Positions 1 to 10,528 of a stretch of DNA of 64,000 nucleotides are shown in pieces. Origin of the DNA: Bacteroidales bacterium (GTDB taxonomy: Bacteria; Bacteroidota; Bacteroidia; Bacteroidales; VadinHA17); NCBI GenBank assembly GCA_038247205.1, contig JBBRVC010000001.1, positions 1,060 to 65,059 on the forward strand, written 5' to 3'. Below the pieces are notes generated by a model. That model had not been told where the DNA came from and did no database searches. It worked only from the letters and a program-made list of their open reading frames with translations. A program made the position numbers and the translations under genes. The first letter of the stretch is position 1. Each line of letters begins with the position of its first letter.

Positions 1-2
1 TG

Positions 3-92
3 AAATATCATGTTCGCGGAATTGCAACAGAGAAGGGCATTAATGCTCTTGAAAAAAAATTAAGTGATTTAGAAATGAAAAACATAAAATAA
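3..92 (+). CDS. 3' end of an ORF that begins upstream of the window (function unknown)
   Basis: Frame open from the window edge (...KYHVRGIATEKGINALEKKLSDLEMKNIK) with TAA at 90-92. Too short to assign. Confidence 0.25.
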   Translation, partial: KYHVRGIATEKGINALEKKLSDLEMKNIK

Positions 93-99
93 TTATTAT

Positions 100-1473
100 A
101 TGAATTTTAAACAAAAATATCTTTTATTATTTATTTTTCTTGGATTAGCCAGTCACGGTTTTGGTCAGGATAACAAGGAGGCAATTAAACTGTCAGTTGC
201 TGAGGCACAGGTATTTGCACTTCAGAATAACCGTTCTGTTCAATCAGCGAGAATCGATGTAAGCAGTGCAGAAAAGAAAGTATGGGAAACAATTGCATCA
301 GGTCTTCCGCAAATAAATTTTGCTGCAAATTACCAACATCAGTTTAAGGTTCCCCAATTGAGTTTCGGACCTTTCCTTGATGTAAATTCTTTGCCCGATG
401 GCTTTCTGACAAGAAATGATGTTGTCGATGCATATAAGGATTCACCTCCTGTATCCCTTGGAGTAAAAAACAATACTACATTCGATTTTACTCTTTCACA
501 ACTTATATTCAGTGGCGAATACCTTGTTGGTCTTCAGGCTATGAAAGTTTTGAAGCTGGTTCTGGAGCAGACACTCGTCAAAACGGAAGGTCAGACAAAA
601 GAATCCGTAGCAAATACTTATTTTCTTGTTCTGGTACTTGATGAAAATGCCAGAGTATTGCGCAGGAGTCTTACATCTACTGATCAAACCTACAATGAAC
701 TGCTAAAAATGAACCAGGAAGGTTTTAATGAGGATACAGATGTTGACCAGTTGAAAATAAGCCGGTCGAATATACAAACCCTGATAACCTCACTCGAATC
801 TCAGATGGAGTTATCACTGAAGTTGCTGAAATATCAACTCGGAGTTGACTTTGATCAGGATGTTATTCTCACTGATAGTCTGCCGGGGATAATCAACCAG
901 GGCAACATTGAATATTCTTCATCTCAGCAATTCAATATAAAAAACAATATTGATTATCAGATGATTAGTAACCAGGAACAGATATCTTCTCTGATGCTGA
1001 AGCGTCAGCAGTCAAAACTTTTACCTACAATTTCGGGGTTTTATCGTCACCAGGAACAAACTAACCAGCCTTCTTTCAATTTTGCTGTGAAGGACATTGC
1101 AGGCATTTCATTGACACTTCCAATAATAACCAGTGGTCAGCGAAATGCAACTATCAGCCAGGCAAAGTTTGATCTTCATAAAGCCAGACTTAATAAGCAG
1201 AACGTTGAGCAGGGAGTGGTAATGGAATACGAAACAGCAAAAAGTGGTTATGAAACTGCCTTTAGTAATTTCACTACAAATAAAGAAAGTATGGAACTGA
1301 GCAAAAAGGTTTATGATAAAACTGTTATAAAATATAAGGAAGGCGTTTCTTCAAGTTTTGAACTTACTCAGAGCCAGGCCCAGTTCCTTACAGCGGAATC
1401 TAATTATTATAATTCTGCGCTTTCACTATTGAATGCAAAAGCAAAACTCGATCGGATTTTATCGGGAAATTAA
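100..1473 (+). CDS. TolC-family outer membrane efflux protein
   Basis: 457 aa with an N-terminal signal peptide (LLLFIFLGLASHGFG). Two-repeat coiled/alpha-beta composition typical of OMF proteins. First gene of an OMF-MFP-RND operon. Confidence 0.85.
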   Translation: MNFKQKYLLLFIFLGLASHGFGQDNKEAIKLSVAEAQVFALQNNRSVQSARIDVSSAEKKVWETIASGLPQINFAANYQHQFKVPQLSFGPFLDVNSLPDGFLTRNDVVDAYKDSPPVSLGVKNNTTFDFTLSQLIFSGEYLVGLQAMKVLKLVLEQTLVKTEGQTKESVANTYFLVLVLDENARVLRRSLTSTDQTYNELLKMNQEGFNEDTDVDQLKISRSNIQTLITSLESQMELSLKLLKYQLGVDFDQDVILTDSLPGIINQGNIEYSSSQQFNIKNNIDYQMISNQEQISSLMLKRQQSKLLPTISGFYRHQEQTNQPSFNFAVKDIAGISLTLPIITSGQRNATISQAKFDLHKARLNKQNVEQGVVMEYETAKSGYETAFSNFTTNKESMELSKKVYDKTVIKYKEGVSSSFELTQSQAQFLTAESNYYNSALSLLNAKAKLDRILSGN

Positions 1474-1525
1474 ATCAAATAATCAACCAGAATAAATTGA
1501 AATATTAAAATACATCAGATCAGAT

Positions 1526-2650
1526 ATGAAAACCATTAAACTAAGTTTAACCGGAATTGCAGTAATTATACTAATGTTTTCATGCAGCACCGACAAGCAT
1601 GCACAACTTACAAAATTAAAGAGCGAACAAGCCGTTCTTGCTGAAAAAATTAAGAATCTTGAAGATGAACTGAAAAGTGAAAAAGACTCGCTCGATACGG
1701 GGAAATTTAAATTTGTTGGTTTATCAGAAATAAAAAACGAGCCATTTGACCACTACATAAGGGTACAGGGTAAACTTGATGGCGACCAGAATGCAGCCGT
1801 ATTTGCTGAAGCTCCGGGAACAGTTTCTGCAAGGTATGCAGATGTAGGACAGAGAGTTACAAAAGGTCAGGTATTAGCTCAGATCGATGATCAACAGTAT
1901 AAAAGTCAACTGGAAAGTCTTGAATCACAATATGCACTCGCAGCTGATCTGTTCGAAAAGCAACAGCGTCTCTGGGATCAGAAAATCGGAAGCGAAGTGC
2001 AGTATAAGCAGTCAAAAACCGGTAAAGAATCACTCGAACTACAGATTGCATCACTAAGACAGCAGGTCGATAAGTTTAAAATTAAATCACCTATTGATGG
2101 TACCGTCGAAGAAGTAAATATAAAGGTAGGAGGGGTAGTTTCTCCTGATCCCCGCCTGGCTGCATTCAGAGTCGTGGCGTTTAAAAACCTGAAAGTAAGT
2201 GCTGAAGTTTCAGAGGCATACTCGGCAAGAATTCAGAATGGCAACAGACTGGTAATTGAGTTTCCCGATATTAATAAGACAATTGAAGGTAAAGTGAATT
2301 TTGTAAGCAAATATATAAATCCTGTAAACCGTACTTTTATTATGGAAACCAATATTTCCAACGGCATACAGAATTTGAAAGCAAATATGATAGCAATAAT
2401 ACAGATTAATGATTATCATAATGATAATGCCATCCTGGTTCCAATGAACTATATACAGACCGACTTGTCGGGCAGTTATGTTTATGCTGTAAGATCAAAA
2501 GACCAGTATAATGCAGCCTACAAGCAGCCTGTGGTTATAGGTAGCAGCTATAATGGCGTTGCTGAGATCATAAATGGCCTGGCGGTGGGAGATATGATAG
2601 TTTCAACCGGTTTCCAGGAGTTGATAGATGGTGAATACATAAGGTTTTAA
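1526..2650 (+). CDS. Efflux RND transporter periplasmic adaptor (membrane fusion protein, HlyD family)
   Basis: 374 aa with a lipoprotein-like signal (IILMFSCS), a coiled-coil hairpin segment and a lipoyl/beta-barrel pattern. Lies between the TolC-like and RND genes. Confidence 0.88.
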   Translation: MKTIKLSLTGIAVIILMFSCSTDKHAQLTKLKSEQAVLAEKIKNLEDELKSEKDSLDTGKFKFVGLSEIKNEPFDHYIRVQGKLDGDQNAAVFAEAPGTVSARYADVGQRVTKGQVLAQIDDQQYKSQLESLESQYALAADLFEKQQRLWDQKIGSEVQYKQSKTGKESLELQIASLRQQVDKFKIKSPIDGTVEEVNIKVGGVVSPDPRLAAFRVVAFKNLKVSAEVSEAYSARIQNGNRLVIEFPDINKTIEGKVNFVSKYINPVNRTFIMETNISNGIQNLKANMIAIIQINDYHNDNAILVPMNYIQTDLSGSYVYAVRSKDQYNAAYKQPVVIGSSYNGVAEIINGLAVGDMIVSTGFQELIDGEYIRF

Positions 2651-2683
2651 TTACCCACAATTACTAGAGAAAAAATATTTTTC

Positions 2684-5600
2684 ATGGAAAAATTGAATAA
2701 GGAATTTTTTGCAACAAGTTGGGCAATAAATAACAAAATCAGCATCTATGTTCTGATTTTTATTATATCCGTTTTTGGAATTATAAACTATAATACTATT
2801 CCAAAGGAACAGATACCAGAGATTGTCATCCCGATGATAAATATTAATACTATTTATCCGGGTACTTCCCCGACTGATATGGAAAATCTCGTTACGAGGC
2901 CGCTTGAGAAAAACCTTAAATCCATCAGTGGTGTTAAGAAAATAACATCACGTTCGGTTCAGGACTTTTCAGCTATCATAGTTGAGTTCAATACCGGCAT
3001 CGAGATAAAAGAGGCAAAGCAGAGAGTAAATGATGCGGTTGATAAAACTAAATCAGACTTACCTACCGATCCGTCATTTATAGAGCCTTCCGTAATGGAG
3101 ATTGACCTTTCTGAAATACCAATTCAATATATCAATCTATCCGGAGACCTTCCCCTGGACCGCATTAAAGAATATGCTGATGAAATGCAGGAACGTATTG
3201 AAACCCTTACTGAAATAACAAGGGTCGAAATAGGAGGCGCCCTGAACCGTGAGATCCAGATCGATATTAATATGTATAAAATGAGGGTGGCAAGCCTGAC
3301 ATTTCGTGATGTGGAACAGGCTGTCAACTATAATAATATGACTGTCTCGGGCGGAAATATTGATCTCCAGGGAATGAGCCGGTCTCTCAGGGTTGTGGGT
3401 GAATTGCAGAATGTCGATGAGATAGGTAATATAATTATCGGAACGTCCAGCGGTGCCCTGGTAAAAATAAAGGATATTGCTACTGTTCGCGATGGATACG
3501 GTCAGCCTGAGAATTTTGCCCGTTATGATGGTAAAAACGTTATAACTCTTAATGTTATAAAAAAGAGTGGACAAAATCTTCTCAATGCATCTGATAAAAT
3601 AAACGAAGTAATAGCAGACATGAAAGCAACACGTCTGCCATCAAACCTTATCGTTGAAGTTACCGGCGATCAGTCGAAGTTCACAAGGAACACGGTGACT
3701 GAACTAAATAACACCATTATTATAGGTTTTATCCTGGTTACAATTGTTCTGATGTTTTTCATGGGACTTGTGAATGCAATCTTCGTTGGTTTTTCAGTTC
3801 CCTTATCTATGGCTATAGCCTACATTTTCCTTCCCTGGATAGGATTTACAATGAATATGCTCGTAATGTTCTCGTTTATTTTTGCACTGGGAATTGTTGT
3901 TGATGATGCAATTGTGGTGATAGAGAACACTCACAGGATACATCAGAAAACAAAAAGAGATATTGCTACATCGGCTAAATTTGCGGCCGGTGAGGTTTTT
4001 ATGCCTATTCTTTCCGGAACTCTTACTACTCTGGCTCCATTCTTCCCGCTTGCATTCTGGCCCGGAGTTGTTGGAAAATTCATGGTCTACATTCCTGTCA
4101 CTCTGATTATAACTCTATTTGCTTCATTGATAGTTGCTTACATTTTCAATCCTGTCTTTGCAGTTGATTTTATGAAGCATGATGAAGAAGATCATCCTAT
4201 TCCCCTTCGGAAAAACCTTAAGATCACCGCAATTATTGTATTGGCAGCATTGCCATTTCATCTGTTAGGTGCTCCGGCACTTGGTAATCTGGTTCTGTTT
4301 ATTGCAATTTCATTTTTAGTGCATAATATATGGGGATACAGGGTTCTGAGAAGATTTCAAACCAATACTCTTCCAGCTCTTATGAGGCGCTATGAGGCGA
4401 CTCTTGTATGGGTTTTGAAAGGGAAACGACCGGTTTTTATCCTGTCAGGAATGATAGTCTTGTTTGTATTTACAATGGTTCTTAATAATATTGTGAAACC
4501 TAAAGTGGTGTTTTTTCCTGATAATGAGCCTAGTACAATAAACGCATTCATAAAAATGCCGGTTGGGACTCAGATAGAAGTAACTGATTCGGTTGCCCAT
4601 ATAGCTGAACACAGGATTATGAAGGTTCTTGGACAGAATAATCCAATTGTTGAATCTGTTGTTACGAATGTTGCTTTTCTGGCTTCCGATAATTCCTTCG
4701 ATAATTCGAGCAAGTCATCGAACCTGGCTAAAATAGCAGTAAACTTTGTTGAATATAAAAACCGGCATGGGCAGAGAACAGGACACTACATGACTGACAT
4801 GCGGAATGCCCTCAAGGATATTCCCGGTGCTGAAATTGTTGTGGCTAAAATTGCAATGGGGCCACCTACCGGAAAGCCGGTTAATATTGAGATATCAGGT
4901 CAGGACCTGTTAAAGCTTGCCTCAACATCAGATCGCTTCAAAAGATATATCGATTCATTACAGATCGGTGGAATTGAAGAATTGAAATCTGACTTTGCCA
5001 CTACCAAACCGGAGATTATAATCCGGCTTGACCGTGAACGTGCAAATATGGAGGGAATAAGCGCAGCTACAGTAGGAGATGCTATTCGAACCGGTAAACT
5101 TGGAAAGGAAGTAGCGAAATACAGGGAAGGGGAGGATCAGTATCCTATTATGCTTCGATTTGAGGAAGATCAGCGTAATGATATAGAGCAACTTCTCAAT
5201 CTCACAATTACTTACAGGGACATGAACTCCGGAATTCTTCGTCAGATACCACTTTCAGTTGTTGCTGATCTTGATTACGTGAACAGTTATGGCCAGATAA
5301 ACAGGTTGAATATGAAGAGAGTAATTACGATTTCATCCAATGTACTTGATGGATTCAACGCAAACCTTATCAATGACCAGCTCAGGAAAGCAATTCCTGA
5401 ATTTATAAAGGCCTCAGATATAGATATTCGTATTACCGGTGAACAGGAAGATCAGCAGGAATCAATGGTGTTCCTCTCAAAAGCAATGATCCTATCGTTA
5501 TTTTTGATCATGTTTATACTCATAACCCAGTTTAATTCAATGTCAAAAGCCCTGATAATTATCTCGGAAGTTGTATTCAGTCTCATCGGGGTACTTCTCG

Positions 5601-6055
5601 GATATATGATATTTGGTATGACTATATCTATCATCATGACAGGTATGGGTATTGTTGCATTGGCCGGTATAGTGGTGCGAAATGGAATATTGCTTGTCGA
5701 GTTTACGGATGTATTGAAAGCCCAGGGAATGAAAACGCGCCAGGCTATAATTGAAGCCGGTAAGACACGTATCACTCCGGTTATCCTTACAGCAACGGCT
5801 ACAATACTCGGACTTATTCCATTGGCAATCGGGATGAATATTAACTTTAGTACCTTACTCACGCATTTAAACCCTCAGATTCATTTTGGTGGAGATAATG
5901 TCATGTTTTTCGGTCCTCTCTCATGGACAATCATTTTCGGGTTGAGCTTCGCAACTTTTCTTACACTGGTATTAATACCCATAATGTATTTTGTGATCTA
6001 TACAAGAAATATCAGAAGACAAAGAAGAAAGACAAACAGGCTCGCAAGAGGGTAA
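2684..6055 (+). CDS. RND efflux pump permease (AcrB/AcrD/AcrF family)
   Basis: 1123 aa with 12-TM architecture and two large periplasmic loops. Contains conserved ALGIVVDDAIVVIEN and GIVVRNGILLVEF segments. Confidence 0.95.
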   Translation: MEKLNKEFFATSWAINNKISIYVLIFIISVFGIINYNTIPKEQIPEIVIPMININTIYPGTSPTDMENLVTRPLEKNLKSISGVKKITSRSVQDFSAIIVEFNTGIEIKEAKQRVNDAVDKTKSDLPTDPSFIEPSVMEIDLSEIPIQYINLSGDLPLDRIKEYADEMQERIETLTEITRVEIGGALNREIQIDINMYKMRVASLTFRDVEQAVNYNNMTVSGGNIDLQGMSRSLRVVGELQNVDEIGNIIIGTSSGALVKIKDIATVRDGYGQPENFARYDGKNVITLNVIKKSGQNLLNASDKINEVIADMKATRLPSNLIVEVTGDQSKFTRNTVTELNNTIIIGFILVTIVLMFFMGLVNAIFVGFSVPLSMAIAYIFLPWIGFTMNMLVMFSFIFALGIVVDDAIVVIENTHRIHQKTKRDIATSAKFAAGEVFMPILSGTLTTLAPFFPLAFWPGVVGKFMVYIPVTLIITLFASLIVAYIFNPVFAVDFMKHDEEDHPIPLRKNLKITAIIVLAALPFHLLGAPALGNLVLFIAISFLVHNIWGYRVLRRFQTNTLPALMRRYEATLVWVLKGKRPVFILSGMIVLFVFTMVLNNIVKPKVVFFPDNEPSTINAFIKMPVGTQIEVTDSVAHIAEHRIMKVLGQNNPIVESVVTNVAFLASDNSFDNSSKSSNLAKIAVNFVEYKNRHGQRTGHYMTDMRNALKDIPGAEIVVAKIAMGPPTGKPVNIEISGQDLLKLASTSDRFKRYIDSLQIGGIEELKSDFATTKPEIIIRLDRERANMEGISAATVGDAIRTGKLGKEVAKYREGEDQYPIMLRFEEDQRNDIEQLLNLTITYRDMNSGILRQIPLSVVADLDYVNSYGQINRLNMKRVITISSNVLDGFNANLINDQLRKAIPEFIKASDIDIRITGEQEDQQESMVFLSKAMILSLFLIMFILITQFNSMSKALIIISEVVFSLIGVLLGYMIFGMTISIIMTGMGIVALAGIVVRNGILLVEFTDVLKAQGMKTRQAIIEAGKTRITPVILTATATILGLIPLAIGMNINFSTLLTHLNPQIHFGGDNVMFFGPLSWTIIFGLSFATFLTLVLIPIMYFVIYTRNIRRQRRKTNRLARG

Positions 6056-6137
6056 TATTATGGTCGATGGCGCGAATTTGCTTCGTGCCATCGCTCGGTT
6101 GTAATCAATTCCGGCTGTAAGCTTTACCCGGAATGGC

Positions 6138-9100
6138 TTACCGCCACCCTTCACTTAGAAAATCCAGGTTAAGTACAATCCTTATCCTGTCTTTTATTTT
6201 ACCTCCGTATGATTCAATATTTTTTGAAACAGCCAGAGGAACATAAATTTCCAGCACATCCCTGAACCCCATTCTGAGTCCTGTTTCAAAGAAGAATTCA
6301 GACCCGTTTGTCCCTGTACCATGGTCATTCAGAAGAACATTTATAAAGGGTCTTATAGGTATTCTGCTTAATTTGCCCGGCAGTGTGCTTGTAAATGAGG
6401 CTGAGATAAGCCAGTTACTGTATCCGAGCGTATCATTGACAGGAGAAACCAGGCCACCTTCCGATGAGGTCATCTGCCTTGACCAGAATGTTTCAGGGAA
6501 AACACTGAACCTGTCAGGATATGTTCCTTCATAAAGATATTGTTCGCGGCCGCTCCGGCCACTGGCTGCCAGAGAATGAAAGTTATTAGATGATTTGTTT
6601 TTTAACATTGTTCCTCCAAACAGTCTTACATCTAACCCATTATCCTTTCCATTATAACTATACCTGTAATTATGCTCAATCGAAAATTTTTGATAATTAA
6701 TGTTGGCTTCTATCCCGGCAACCGTGCTGAATGGATTCAATGGACCGGTTCTCCTGATTGCATAACCAAATTGAAGGTATGAAATCATATCTGCCTTTTC
6801 ACCCCGGGTAATATTAAAAAGATCAGAGGCTGAAATATAATATCCGTACATCCCATGCATTAGAGGATTAACCATTTCTTTTGTCCTGAAATCCAGATTC
6901 ACTCCAGCCGTTGCCGTGTAATAGTTCCGGGACTCAGGTGCGCCGAATTTGGTTCCTTCAATGATAATTGAAGCTTTCCTTATAAGGTTATTATAAGGTA
7001 TGATATTATAGGCAATTCTTCCAAATCCGGCAATTCCCGGATTCCTGAAAGAGATAAATGGCATCATAAAATATTCAATACGCTTGGGTAATATAAATCC
7101 GTTGTTCAGTGTCATGCCGACCATAAAGCCATTTTCCCTTGTCCAGAATGCAGTAGGTACATAGACCACAGATGGTTTGTTAGGGTCTTCAATGGTATAA
7201 AGTAATTGTAGTCTTGGTAATTCTGTCTTTGGAAAAATTCCTGATGTTCTAATGTTGTTATTCTGCCTGAACAGTTCAGGTACTTCATTTTTTGCGTCGA
7301 TTCTTAATTCGGAATATCGACCTTCCGGTATGTCAATCCATTTTGTCCCGGTGAAACCATCAAACCATTTTGTAAAGATAATGGAGTCCCCGTTCATACC
7401 AGAGATTGCTACCGGAGAAACCATTTCGCCCTTATTTTTTATAAGCAACTTGTTATCTTCCAGCCGCAGAACTTTGTAATCAATCCTTTTTGTCGTACTA
7501 ATGAAGTCATCAAAAAACCATGCCAGGTTTTTATCGGTACGTGATTCGAATATAATTCGCAGATCTTCCGGCATGGGATGTTTTTCTCTCCAGTCAGAAT
7601 AATATTCACGCATAATTGAATCGAACACTTCATCGCCAAGGTATGCCCTGAGGTAGTTGAGGGCCATGCCGGCTTTATAGTAGATAATATCTGTGTAATT
7701 TATAAAGCTGTAATCAGTTGCCGGAAGATTAATTGGTTGCTCGAGATTATCCCTGGCCTGAATCAGCCATTCAAATTCAGAGAGTCTTTGAAGCGGAATT
7801 TTATCGATGTGAAAGAACTTCGCCATTTTACGGTTCCTGAAATAGATTTCCCATAGCTTTTTTCCGGGATAGCTCATGTTCATGTACCTCATTTCATATG
7901 CACTGGTAATGCTCTCATCCATAAATGGATACTTCCTTTCATCCGAGCCAATTGCACTGTAAAACCAGCTGTGACATACCTCATGAGATATTACCTCATC
8001 GAGTGAGTAAGCATCACCAGCTATTCCTATGACTGTAAGACCGGGGTACTCCATACCCGCTCCTGCAGTAAGTGCGCTTTGCACTGCCGTAAATGAGTTA
8101 TAGGGATAGTCTCCTATCCATTCTGAGAATTGAAGTATAGAGTTGTTTACATACCGCAGGGAGTTTTTCCATAAACCGGCCTCCTGATTGGTGAACATAG
8201 TCATAGTAATAACTTCACGACCGGAGTGTGTAAGTTTAATTTTCCCCTTCAATAAATGAAACCTCTTATCGGCAAACCATGCAAAGTCATGTAATTGTTT
8301 GCCTTTAAACTGCAGTGTCTTTAGCTCAGATGATGATGGAGGAAAGGAATTTTCCGGAAAGTACCATGTTAATTTCCATAATGTATCAGCAGCCAGTTTG
8401 TCGAGCATTTCCCATTCATCATGGTTCTGCAGCTCGCCCGATGCAGCTACAATATAATTGGAAGGCAGTGTTATGCTGACATCAAAGCTTCCGAATTCAG
8501 AATAAAATTCACCCTGATCAAGGTATGGCATATGATGCCAGCCCGTAAGGTCATAAACAGCCGGTTTGGGATACCACTGTGATACCTGGTATGATTCGCC
8601 TATGTGCCCAAGCCTGGAAGTTGTACCCAACGGAATTTTCACATGGAAAGGCGTTGTTATAATAATGGTGTCGCCCGGCTTCAGTTCATCATTAAGTTCG
8701 ATCTGACAAATATCAGGTTGGCCTTTTAATAAGTTCCATTTTACCCTGCTGTTTGCGATCTTAAAATCGAGTGAATCAATATATCCGGTTAAATCAGGGT
8801 CATTAAACATCTTTTCTTTTCCATTCTGGATCCTTAACTGTTTGCCTAAAGGAGTATCATTGCCTGAATAAGCATTCGGCCAAAGATGGAAATAAAGAAA
8901 ACCAAGAGTGTCGGGAGAGTTGTTAATATATTGAATAGTTTGAAATGCACTAAGTTCATGGTGCCTGTCATTTAGGAAAACCTGAATTTCGTAATTCACT
9001 TCCTGCTGAAAATATTCCTGACACGAGCTGTTTGGTACTATGCTGATAATCAATAAAATAATTAAAATTAACCTCCTGAAATCAGGAAAATTATTTAAAA

Positions 9101-9158
9101 ACTTCAGATCGTTCACGCAAGAAAAAAGTTTAAAGTAAATATATGGTCCGACAGCCAT
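6138..9158 (-). CDS. M1-family zinc metallopeptidase with a long C-terminal extension
   Basis: GAGMEYPG (GxMEN-type) motif plus HEVCH-x18-E gluzincin motif. Signal-like segment RRLILIILLIISIVPNSSC. The exact start is uncertain because 25 aa precede the signal. Confidence 0.85.
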   Translation of the reverse strand: MAVGPYIYFKLFSCVNDLKFLNNFPDFRRLILIILLIISIVPNSSCQEYFQQEVNYEIQVFLNDRHHELSAFQTIQYINNSPDTLGFLYFHLWPNAYSGNDTPLGKQLRIQNGKEKMFNDPDLTGYIDSLDFKIANSRVKWNLLKGQPDICQIELNDELKPGDTIIITTPFHVKIPLGTTSRLGHIGESYQVSQWYPKPAVYDLTGWHHMPYLDQGEFYSEFGSFDVSITLPSNYIVAASGELQNHDEWEMLDKLAADTLWKLTWYFPENSFPPSSSELKTLQFKGKQLHDFAWFADKRFHLLKGKIKLTHSGREVITMTMFTNQEAGLWKNSLRYVNNSILQFSEWIGDYPYNSFTAVQSALTAGAGMEYPGLTVIGIAGDAYSLDEVISHEVCHSWFYSAIGSDERKYPFMDESITSAYEMRYMNMSYPGKKLWEIYFRNRKMAKFFHIDKIPLQRLSEFEWLIQARDNLEQPINLPATDYSFINYTDIIYYKAGMALNYLRAYLGDEVFDSIMREYYSDWREKHPMPEDLRIIFESRTDKNLAWFFDDFISTTKRIDYKVLRLEDNKLLIKNKGEMVSPVAISGMNGDSIIFTKWFDGFTGTKWIDIPEGRYSELRIDAKNEVPELFRQNNNIRTSGIFPKTELPRLQLLYTIEDPNKPSVVYVPTAFWTRENGFMVGMTLNNGFILPKRIEYFMMPFISFRNPGIAGFGRIAYNIIPYNNLIRKASIIIEGTKFGAPESRNYYTATAGVNLDFRTKEMVNPLMHGMYGYYISASDLFNITRGEKADMISYLQFGYAIRRTGPLNPFSTVAGIEANINYQKFSIEHNYRYSYNGKDNGLDVRLFGGTMLKNKSSNNFHSLAASGRSGREQYLYEGTYPDRFSVFPETFWSRQMTSSEGGLVSPVNDTLGYSNWLISASFTSTLPGKLSRIPIRPFINVLLNDHGTGTNGSEFFFETGLRMGFRDVLEIYVPLAVSKNIESYGGKIKDRIRIVLNLDFLSEGWR

Positions 9159-9190
9159 ATAATATAGTCATTATTTTGGAATAATGAGAT

Positions 9191-9361
9191 TTAAAAATCG
9201 ATTAAAATACTAAGGATTTCTTTGTCAGTTTTTCCCAGCTTTATCCTAAGCTTATCAAACATTTTATTCTCCTGTCCTTCTTTATACATCATATCTCTGC
9301 CGGAAATGCAAGCAAATTTTTGCCTGAATTTGTCTTTCTTATTATTCCAGATTGCATTCAT
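9191..9361 (-). CDS. Small CsbD-like stress-response-type protein (56 aa, below the ORF-track cutoff)
   Basis: Hand translation gives MNAIWNNKKDKFRQKFACISGRDMMYKEGQENKMFDKLRIKLGKTDKEILSILIDF, with ATG at 9361-9359 and TAA at 9193-9191. The W..K.KF.QKF....D..Y.EG......KL..KLGK pattern resembles CsbD-family proteins. Confidence 0.45.
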   Translation of the reverse strand: MNAIWNNKKDKFRQKFACISGRDMMYKEGQENKMFDKLRIKLGKTDKEILSILIDF

Positions 9362-9397
9362 ACTTTTAAAATTTATATTGATTCTCCTTCAACCTCA

Positions 9398-9784
9398 TTA
9401 AGATAGATGTGTAAGAAGGAATGCTGTATCATCCGTTGCTTCAAAACTATAATTAACATTTTCCGTAAGGGTAAAAACTTCATTGCTGTTAAGAATCACA
9501 GATTCATTATTTATTTGCAGCTTAAGTTGGCCTTCAATAATCTGGATGGTTAATGATTTGCCAGATTGGTAAGATAATACATCAGTTCCTTCATGCAGGA
9601 TGGTGAGCAGGATCTTCTTTAACGGACTTTTAAGCAGAATCATTGTATTGAGTTCTCCTTTTTCCCATTTTGGTTCACGCTTCATTATGCCGATCAACCT
9701 TTGCATATCATATGTCAGTGATGAAGGAGTTAAACATCTGAACTCGTTTGTGTTCAGACTTAGCAAACCGGTTTCTTTATGCAT
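9398..9784 (-). CDS. Cupin-fold small protein
   Basis: 128 aa with a beta-rich C-terminal half (LTIQIIEGQLKLQINNESVILNSNEVFTL) typical of cupin barrels. Confidence 0.5.
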   Translation of the reverse strand: MHKETGLLSLNTNEFRCLTPSSLTYDMQRLIGIMKREPKWEKGELNTMILLKSPLKKILLTILHEGTDVLSYQSGKSLTIQIIEGQLKLQINNESVILNSNEVFTLTENVNYSFEATDDTAFLLTHLS

Positions 9785-9850
9785 CTTTTCTTTTTATATG
9801 AATTGCACAAGCCATTTTTCAGGCTGTGCAAATCATTAATTAATTTATTC

Positions 9851-10177
9851 CTATAATAAAATGATAAGAAGAATAATGAGAAGGAGGGTACTGCCGCCTA
9901 TATAAAAGTATCCCCCTGATCTCTTTACATTTTTCTTGATAGTTGTGAGTTCCTTTTTCAAATCGCGTTTTTCCTTTGCAGTCATGTCTGTTTTGTCCAT
10001 GTTGCGGATTTCTTCAACCCGGTTTGTTAGTCTGCTTATTTCTTCAGCTGACAATTTGTTTTCTGTCTTATCAGGAACAGTGAGGTTTTTTGCATTTGAA
10101 TCATTAATACCTGCAAATGATGTTAATGTATTCAGTGATAAAATCGTTATGAATACAAACAATAGATTTTTTTTCAT
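9851..10177 (-). CDS. Hypothetical secreted/tail-anchored coiled-coil protein
   Basis: Start moved to MKKNLLFVFITILSLNTLTSFA (signal peptide). Charged coiled middle and a hydrophobic C-terminal tail (GGSTLLLIILLIILL). Confidence 0.5.
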   Translation of the reverse strand: MKKNLLFVFITILSLNTLTSFAGINDSNAKNLTVPDKTENKLSAEEISRLTNRVEEIRNMDKTDMTAKEKRDLKKELTTIKKNVKRSGGYFYIGGSTLLLIILLIILL

Positions 10178-10528
10178 TTTTATTAGTTTAGTTTTACTCT
10201 TATAAAGGTATGTGCCGATATCATTTGGTTTATTACACAATTACTTAATTAACTTGTCAAATTCACACATGCTTCCATAGTAACTACTACTAGTTAATGC
10301 ATGAAGAGTGTAAAAACATCGCCGGTAAGGTAGTTGTTGATAATTGATGGAGTATCGGATCTAATTACCATGCCTTTAATATAAAATTACTGTTTATTAT
10401 TCGTACATTTGAAGAAATAACTTCTATATAAACCTACATTTCCAATAAATGCCCGGGGTACTGTTTATCACCGGATTCCATATAAACCCTGAAATATTTG
10501 GGACATAACCTTCGTAAAACTTTACTTT

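Noticed and set aside
3137-3574. Long antisense ORFs nested inside confident genes, as separate genes. Examples are 3137-3574, 5452-5862, 23322-23717, 38088-38498, 41834-42274, 50018-50401 and 54682-55227.
   Set aside because: Each lies entirely within, and opposite to, a gene with strong family motifs. Their translations are low-complexity with no motifs. They are typical shadow ORFs.
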